From: Myxococcota bacterium
Lineage (GTDB): Bacteria; Myxococcota_A; UBA9160; SZUA-336
Direction of reading: 5' to 3'
DNA length: 64,000 nucleotides
Assembly (NCBI GenBank): GCA_965247115.1
Contig: CBDFGR010000002.1
Coordinates: 384,001-448,000, forward strand
The notes under the pieces: generated by a model
Seen by the model: only the letters and a program-made list of their open reading frames with translations
Database searches by the model: none
Told to the model about the DNA's origin: nothing
Part shown: in pieces, positions 58,559 to 64,000 of the stretch
Layout: each line of letters starts with the position of its first letter
How positions within the stretch are numbered: position 1 is the first letter of the stretch
Translations under genes and position numbers: made by a program

Positions 58559-59453
58559 GACGGATGACCACGAGACGCCCCAGCAGGTCCGGTCGCGGTC
58601 TCACCGCGTCGTGGATATCTACGCGCCGTCCTACGACCTGGACCAGGCGGGGCCCTTCAGAGGTCTCCACGTAGCCCTTGGCGCGCAGCGCATCCAGGGC
58701 TTCCAGGAGTGCCACCAGCCGGCCCTGCTCGATGCCGTCCAGCACAGCCAGCTCCTCGGTCGCGAACTCCTCGTGAGCGTGGGGCTTCGGGACGACCGCG
58801 GCCTCTCGGCGCGCGGCGCGCAGCCCGTCCGGATCGGGTGGGAAGAGCAGCACCGGGTCCACAGCGGCCTGCGTCGCACGCAAAACTGGCGCATCGGGCT
58901 CCAGCTCGTGCAGGAGCTCGACCAGGTCCTCGACCTCTGCCTCGGGAACGAGGTCGATCTTGTTCAGCAGCAACAGGTCTGCCGAGGTCACCTGATCTTC
59001 AAACGTGCCCTCGAGATCGCGTCGGGCCAGGAGCTGCTCCGCGTTCACCACGACGATCGCGAGGTCGTCACCGATCCAGCGCGAAACCGGCTCTCGGTAC
59101 AGGTTGAGCTGGGTGTCGTACGGGAGCGCGACGCCGGAGGTCTCGATCACGACCCGGTCCGGCCGCACCCGCTCATGCAGCATTTCGAGCGTGTCGATGA
59201 GCTCATCGGTCAGCTGACAACAGACACAGCCCCCCTCGAGCTCCACGTAGGCCTCGGCACCCTCCCCGAGCAAGGTCTGGTCGATCGCCAGCTCGCCGAA
59301 CTCGTTCGAGATCACGGCCACGCGCTCGCCGCGCCGCCGGGCATCGTCGAGCAGGTTTCGGACGAGTGTCGTTTTGCCGGAACCGAGGAAGCCCGACACG
59401 ACCAGCGCGGGCACCCCCGTGCGCGCACCCTCAGTGCTCTCCGGAACGTCCAC
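58548..59453 (-). CDS. COG0523/CobW-family metallochaperone GTPase
   Basis: GFLGSGKTT, NEFGE, GCVCC, ETSG, NKID, RAKG. Confidence 0.92.
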   Translation of the reverse strand: MDVPESTEGARTGVPALVVSGFLGSGKTTLVRNLLDDARRRGERVAVISNEFGELAIDQTLLGEGAEAYVELEGGCVCCQLTDELIDTLEMLHERVRPDRVVIETSGVALPYDTQLNLYREPVSRWIGDDLAIVVVNAEQLLARRDLEGTFEDQVTSADLLLLNKIDLVPEAEVEDLVELLHELEPDAPVLRATQAAVDPVLLFPPDPDGLRAARREAAVVPKPHAHEEFATEELAVLDGIEQGRLVALLEALDALRAKGYVETSEGPRLVQVVGRRVDIHDAVRPRPDLLGRLVVIRRVG

Positions 59454-59473
59454 AGCTCCACGGTAGCGTCGAG

Positions 59474-59677
59474 CCGCGGCACCCGCCCGATGAGTCCGCG
59501 GCACCCGCCCGATGGGTCCGGGGAAGCCGCCCGATGGGTCCGGGGAAGCCGCCCGATGGGTCCGGGGAAGCCGCCCGATGGGTCCGGGGAAGCCGCCCGA
59601 TGAGTCCGGGGGGACCGCCCGATGGGTCCGGGGGGACCGCCCGATCAGTCCGGGGGGACCGCCCGATCAGTCCGGGG
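59474..59677. repeat. Tandem array of nine 22-bp units plus a partial unit
   Basis: CCG(C/G)GGnnnCCGCCCGAT(G/C)(A/G)GT repeated head to tail with no spacers. Confidence 0.95.
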
Positions 59678-60578
59678 TCGCGAGATAGCAACCCGGCTCT
59701 ACCTCGCGCAGGCGACCCTGTCGCAGCAGGCGTTCGATGTGGAGCGCCATGCTTCTCGTCTCGACATCGAAGCCGTTGGGGACGTCGTCGCCAGGGCGGA
59801 AGACGAAGCGCGTTGTGGCGATCTCGTCCAGCGTGTGGGGCTCTGCGAGGAACTCGAGCAGGCGACGCTCGCGCGTGTCGATCATGTTCGCGAAGCGGTC
59901 GAGCCGCTCTAGGAAGGCCGCGCGTCCATCCAGCACGCCGATATGATGAAAGGTCGCGTAGTGCGGCACGTCCATCCCGCGCACGAGCGCGAGCGTCCGC
60001 TCGAAGTCCTCGAGATCAGACCAGGCATCGCCGTAGAAGGGGCCGAAGCTCGAGAGGTCGATGTCGCCCAGGAACAGGATTCCCTCGGGCTCGACGAGGA
60101 ACAGGCAGTGGCCCCGCGTGTGCCCCGGAGCGTGGATCGCGCGCACCCTCGTGCCGCCAAGCTCGAAGATCTCGGCGTCGGAAAAGCTCACCGCGTCTTC
60201 GCGCGCCTCGAAGTGAAAATCGTCGCGAACCCGCCGCCGCCAGCGCTGTGTCGTCTCGCGGGAATAGCCGTAGATCTCCATCATCGCGTCGAGCGAGCGG
60301 ATGCCAGGCAGATCGAGCTCGTGCAGGTGCCACGTCGCCTCGGGAAACAAGTAGTTCCCGGCCACGTGGTCCTCGTGGCAATGACTGTTCACCACCATGT
60401 CGACGTGCGGCAAGTTCGCGCTCCGCGGCAGCAAACCCAACGAGGGATCGATGATCAGACTGCGCTCGCGTCCTTCCACCAGGATCGAGTTCCCGTCCGG
60501 ATACTTCCCCCCCTCCGGCCCAAACAACACGGTCGCCCTCCCGATCCGCCGCTCCTCGAGGTTTACCAGCTCAGTCAC
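59667..60578 (-). CDS. Metallo-beta-lactamase-fold hydrolase
   Basis: SHCHEDH (HxHxDH), PGHTRGH, LGDID, FHH. Confidence 0.9.
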   Translation of the reverse strand: MTELVNLEERRIGRATVLFGPEGGKYPDGNSILVEGRERSLIIDPSLGLLPRSANLPHVDMVVNSHCHEDHVAGNYLFPEATWHLHELDLPGIRSLDAMMEIYGYSRETTQRWRRRVRDDFHFEAREDAVSFSDAEIFELGGTRVRAIHAPGHTRGHCLFLVEPEGILFLGDIDLSSFGPFYGDAWSDLEDFERTLALVRGMDVPHYATFHHIGVLDGRAAFLERLDRFANMIDTRERRLLEFLAEPHTLDEIATTRFVFRPGDDVPNGFDVETRSMALHIERLLRQGRLREVEPGCYLATPD

Positions 60579-60670
60579 CGCACCAGCGTACCACCCGGCA
60601 AGACCGCTCAGCTCTCAAGAAGTCCCGTCCCAAGTTCCGACGCTGATGCACAACACACGACGCACCTCCC

Positions 60671-60761
60671 GCAAGCGCCGCGGCGCGGCGCGCGCAGCGA
60701 AGGGCAACGCCCTGAGCGAAGGTGGGTGGCCGCGGACGCCCGCGGCCGGGTCCCACAAGAC
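60671..60761 (-). repeat. REP-like repeat, copy 9
   Basis: Reverse-complement unit between divergent genes. Confidence 0.9.
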
Positions 60762-60819
60762 GCGTTGACGATCTCCAGAAAGAGCGCGATATAGCCTGCG
60801 TAGCTTTGGCGGGGAGAGT

Positions 60820-61599
60820 ATGACCGACCCGACGGGCCAGATCCCGGCCCACGTCGACGTGATCAGCGTGCGCCTGACATTCGGGGATCGGAAGGTCTTC
60901 GACGGGCTCTCGTGCCGCTTTCCGCAAGGGCGTATCTCCGTGATCCTCGGCGCGAGCGGCATCGGAAAGAGCTGTCTGCTCAAGCTGATCGCGTGCCTCA
61001 TGCGGCCGCAATACGGCGACATCTGGATCGGCGACGACGAGATCACGTGTATGCACGAACGCGAGGCCCGGCGTATGCGTCACAAGCTCGGCATGATGTT
61101 CCAGGGCGGCGCACTGCTCGACTCGATGACAGTATTCGACAACGTCGCCTTGCAGCTTCGCGAGCACAGGGTCTGCGCGGAGTCCGAGATCTCCGACCGT
61201 ATCGCACACCAGTTCGATGCCGTCGGGCTCAAGAACGTGAACCAGCTGCTTCCGGGCGAGCTCTCGGGCGGGATGAAGAAGCGCGTAGCCCTGGCGCGCG
61301 CCATGATCACGGAGCCGGAAATTCTACTGGTCGACGAGCCCTTCTCTGGCCTCGACCCACCCACGGTCCGGCTGATTGAGCGGCTGCTCGCAGAGGTCAA
61401 CGAGCGCACGGGCATCACGATGATCATGACCAACCACCACATCGGCTCGACCTTTCGCATTGCCGACGAGATCGCCTTTCTGGCGGACGGGGCCTCGATT
61501 TGCGGCACCCCGGACCAGCTCCAGAAGAGCATCGACCCGAGGATCCGGAACTTCCTCGATGCTGCGGCATCGCCCGAGCCACAGATGGAGTCAGATTGA
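60820..61599 (+). CDS. mlaF: Mla/Ttg2 ABC ATP-binding protein
   Basis: GASGIGKS, FQGGALLDSM, LSGGMKKR, DEPFSGLDP. Confidence 0.9.
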   Translation: MTDPTGQIPAHVDVISVRLTFGDRKVFDGLSCRFPQGRISVILGASGIGKSCLLKLIACLMRPQYGDIWIGDDEITCMHEREARRMRHKLGMMFQGGALLDSMTVFDNVALQLREHRVCAESEISDRIAHQFDAVGLKNVNQLLPGELSGGMKKRVALARAMITEPEILLVDEPFSGLDPPTVRLIERLLAEVNERTGITMIMTNHHIGSTFRIADEIAFLADGASICGTPDQLQKSIDPRIRNFLDAAASPEPQMESD

Positions 61600-62369
61600 A
61601 CGGGATTCAGCACCTTGGCCTGCGCTGCCTGATCGTCGTGCAGGTTTTTGGACAGATGGGCGTCTTCGCCGCACGCCTGATCTCGTCGGCGCTGACGCCT
61701 CCTTTCCGCGTGCGGCGCCTGGTCGACGAGATCTTCAACGCGGGGGTGCTCTCGCTTCCCATCGTCTGCACCTGCGGCGCTGCAGTTGGGCTGGCGCTCG
61801 GCCTGCAGGGCTACAACACGCTCACACGCTTCGGCGCCGAGGAGTCCCTGGGGGCCCTGGTCGGGCTCAGCCTGGTCCGCGAGCTCGGGCCCGTGCTGAC
61901 GGCCCTGCTGGTGACCGGGCGCGCAGGCTCGGCCATCGCATCGGAGATCGGGTCCATGGTCGCAACCGAGCAGCTCGACGGTCTGAGGATGATGTCGGTC
62001 GATCCCGTGGACTTCGTCGCCACGCCAAAGGCCGCCGCGATGGTCTTCGTCCTGCCGCTGCTCTCCGCCCTCTTCATCGTCTTCGGACTCTTCGGAGGCT
62101 GGCTGATCGGCGTCCAGGTGCTGGGCATCGACCACGGGGCCTTTGTCGGGGGTCTCGAGTCGGCGATCGACTTCTCCGATGATATATTGGGAAGCCTGGT
62201 CAAGGCGCTTGTGTTCGGGATACTCATCGGCCTGGTCTCGACCTTCAGAGGCTATACATCAGCTCCGAACGTCGAGGGGGTGAGCCGCGCGACCACCGGT
62301 GCCGTCGTTCAGGCTTCCGTTGGCACCTTGATCTTCGACTACTTCATCACCGCACTCTGGGGGGTGTAG
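61596..62369 (+). CDS. mlaE: Mla/Ttg2 ABC permease
   Basis: RELGPVLTALLVTGRAGSAIASEIGSM..EQLD. Confidence 0.93.
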   Translation: MNGIQHLGLRCLIVVQVFGQMGVFAARLISSALTPPFRVRRLVDEIFNAGVLSLPIVCTCGAAVGLALGLQGYNTLTRFGAEESLGALVGLSLVRELGPVLTALLVTGRAGSAIASEIGSMVATEQLDGLRMMSVDPVDFVATPKAAAMVFVLPLLSALFIVFGLFGGWLIGVQVLGIDHGAFVGGLESAIDFSDDILGSLVKALVFGILIGLVSTFRGYTSAPNVEGVSRATTGAVVQASVGTLIFDYFITALWGV

Positions 62370-62370
62370 A

Positions 62371-62832
62371 TTGGCCAGCTCACCGATCCGTGATCTCTTG
62401 GTCGGTGCCTTCGTGCTAGCGGGCGTAGCGGCCATTGCGTACCTGTCTGTGCAGCTTGGCGCGCGAGCGTACACGGGTGAAGGAGGACTGATCCTGACCG
62501 CCGCATTCGACGAGGTCGGCGGTCTGTCACCCCGTGCCCCCGTCGTGATCGGCGGCGTCACCGTGGGGCAAGTCCGGAAGATCAGCCTGGATCACGAGGA
62601 GTTCCGGGCGATCGTCACGATCGACATCGACGCGGAGCTCGAGATCCCGGACGACAGCGCGGCCTCGATCCTCACCCAAGGAGTGCTCGGCGACCAGTAC
62701 GTCGCCCTCGAGCCCGGAGGCTCGCCAGACCTGCTCGAGAATGGGCACGAGATCGCGTACACGCAGAGCGCAGTAGTGCTGGAACGGCTGATCGGGAAGG
62801 TCCTCCAGAGCTTCGGAGGCAGCGCGAATTGA
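62371..62832 (+). CDS. mlaD: MCE-domain lipid transport protein
   Basis: N-terminal TM; GGL...VVIGGVTVG; GVLGDQYVAL. Confidence 0.93.
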   Translation: MASSPIRDLLVGAFVLAGVAAIAYLSVQLGARAYTGEGGLILTAAFDEVGGLSPRAPVVIGGVTVGQVRKISLDHEEFRAIVTIDIDAELEIPDDSAASILTQGVLGDQYVALEPGGSPDLLENGHEIAYTQSAVVLERLIGKVLQSFGGSAN

Positions 62833-63578
62833 CCAGACGATCCAGAACCTGCGCCGTTGCGACGACGGCACTCGCCGTACTGCTGCTCCACCTTCCGGCA
62901 CCGACGGCCCTGGCGGACGAAGGAGATCCCTGGGAGGGCTACAACCGGGGGATGTGGTGGTTCGACGACAAGGTCGACCGCTACGTGCTGGAGCCGATCG
63001 CGGTGGGCTGGAGGTTCGTCACCCCGAACGTCGTCCGGACCCGGCTTCGGAACGTCTTTCTGAACATAGGCTTCCCCCTACGCTTCGTGAATGACCTGCT
63101 CCAGGGCGACGTCAAACAGGCCGGGCGGGAGACGGGCCGATTTCTGTTGAACACGACCGTGGGAGTCGCCGGGATCTTCGATCCAGCCAGCGAGTACGGC
63201 CTGGAGATGCGCGCGGAAGATTTCGGGCAGACTCTCGGCGTCTGGGGCGTGCCTCCTGGCGCCTACGTGGTGCTCCCCTTCCTGGGTCCCTCCGGCGTCC
63301 GCGACGCGACCATGCTGCCGCTCGATTTCCTTGCGGGTGCCTGGCCTGCGCTGATATCGCCCGCGGCGAACACGGCCATCACTGTCACGAGCCGGGTCAA
63401 CGCGCGTGCTCTTGCCATCGAGGACATCCGGGAGGCGCGCGCCGCCTCGCTCGACTACTACGTGGCCGTGAGAGACTTCTACCGACAGAGGCGCGCCGCC
63501 CAGATCCAGAACGGGGAGCTTCCGGACGAACAGGTCAGCGACGACCTCTACGAACTCGACGAGGAAGACGATGACTAG
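62829..63578 (+). CDS. mlaA: MlaA/VacJ family protein
   Basis: DPWEGYNR, RFLLNTTVG, EDFGQTLG, LPFLGPS. Confidence 0.93.
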   Translation: MTRRSRTCAVATTALAVLLLHLPAPTALADEGDPWEGYNRGMWWFDDKVDRYVLEPIAVGWRFVTPNVVRTRLRNVFLNIGFPLRFVNDLLQGDVKQAGRETGRFLLNTTVGVAGIFDPASEYGLEMRAEDFGQTLGVWGVPPGAYVVLPFLGPSGVRDATMLPLDFLAGAWPALISPAANTAITVTSRVNARALAIEDIREARAASLDYYVAVRDFYRQRRAAQIQNGELPDEQVSDDLYELDEEDDD

Positions 63579-64000
63579 GCTGACGCTCTCTCTCCTGACT
63601 CCGCTGCTGCTCGCCGGCGCCGTTGCGGCCGCACCCGTCGAAAATCCCGACCAGGCCACGGCCACGGCCGCTGCCAGGAGCACCCTCTCCGATACGGTCG
63701 ACGAGGTGCTTGACGTGCTGCGCGACCCCGACGGCACAGACGCCAAGCTCGTGCGCCTCGAGGCGATCACGGACCGGCGCTTCGACTTCCCGCGCATGAC
63801 CAAGCTGGTGCTCGGCCGGAACCGCAAGAAGCTCTCCGAGGAGCAGCAGGTCGAGTTCCAGCACGAGTTCAAGCGGCACCTGACGATCACGTACGGCAAC
63901 CGCATCGAGGGCTTCGCAGAGGAGCAGATCGAGATCGGAGACGCCCGCCTGGAGCGGAACGGCGACGTGACGGTCAAGACGAAGATCGTCGGCGGCGCGG
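63571..64000 (+). CDS. mlaC: MlaC/Ttg2D periplasmic lipid-binding protein (3' truncated by window edge)
   Basis: ATG 63571, signal peptide, FDFPRMTKLVLG...F..EF...L..TY. Confidence 0.85.
   Translation, partial: MTRLTLSLLTPLLLAGAVAAAPVENPDQATATAAARSTLSDTVDEVLDVLRDPDGTDAKLVRLEAITDRRFDFPRMTKLVLGRNRKKLSEEQQVEFQHEFKRHLTITYGNRIEGFAEEQIEIGDARLERNGDVTVKTKIVGGA

Noticed and set aside
59474..59677. Possible CRISPR array
   Set aside because: Units are contiguous with no unique spacers, and there are no cas genes in the window
60765..60797. Sigma70 promoter for the mla operon (TTGACG...TATAGC)
   Set aside because: Spacer of 19 bp or more; not convincing

Overview
High-GC, gene-dense chromosomal window from a diderm bacterium. 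Gene content suggests a Myxococcota/deltaproteobacteria-like organism (inference only). Left to right: an LPS/sugar-nucleotide cluster (NUDIX fragment, Gfo/Idh/MocA oxidoreductase, radical SAM, waaF-like GT9, heptose adenylyltransferase); a long minus-strand run (ftsEX-envC-ctpA-ispA-dxs-tlyA-iscA-iscS-cysC, then TPR lipoprotein, LolB-like lipoprotein, oppDF); a ClC-CBS-TrkA_C channel; an F420 operon (DUF4124-cofD-cofC-cofE); engB; a variant cytochrome c maturation operon (CxxxY-type CcmE); hisG, plsB, ffh, leuA; a sigma54/HtpX/PspA envelope-stress region with a degenerate sensor kinase and a VapBC pair; hemH-nth; a helicase; a COG0523 GTPase; and mlaFEDAC. No CRISPR, rRNA, tRNA or transposase was recognised. 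The best candidate for something undescribed is a ~500-nt, densely base-paired non-coding leader (32955-33482) with a possible RBS-sequestering switch, upstream of an uncharacterised 165-aa Cys4 protein that may have a distant paralogue at 4142-4447. Other notable elements: a ~95-bp GTGG-REP-like repeat in nine copies, a graded 22-bp tandem array, a cryptic Leu-rich leuA leader peptide, and several single-base frameshifts between 42.9 and 49.2 kb that may be assembly errors. All calls come from reading motifs by eye; no searches or folding programs were run.
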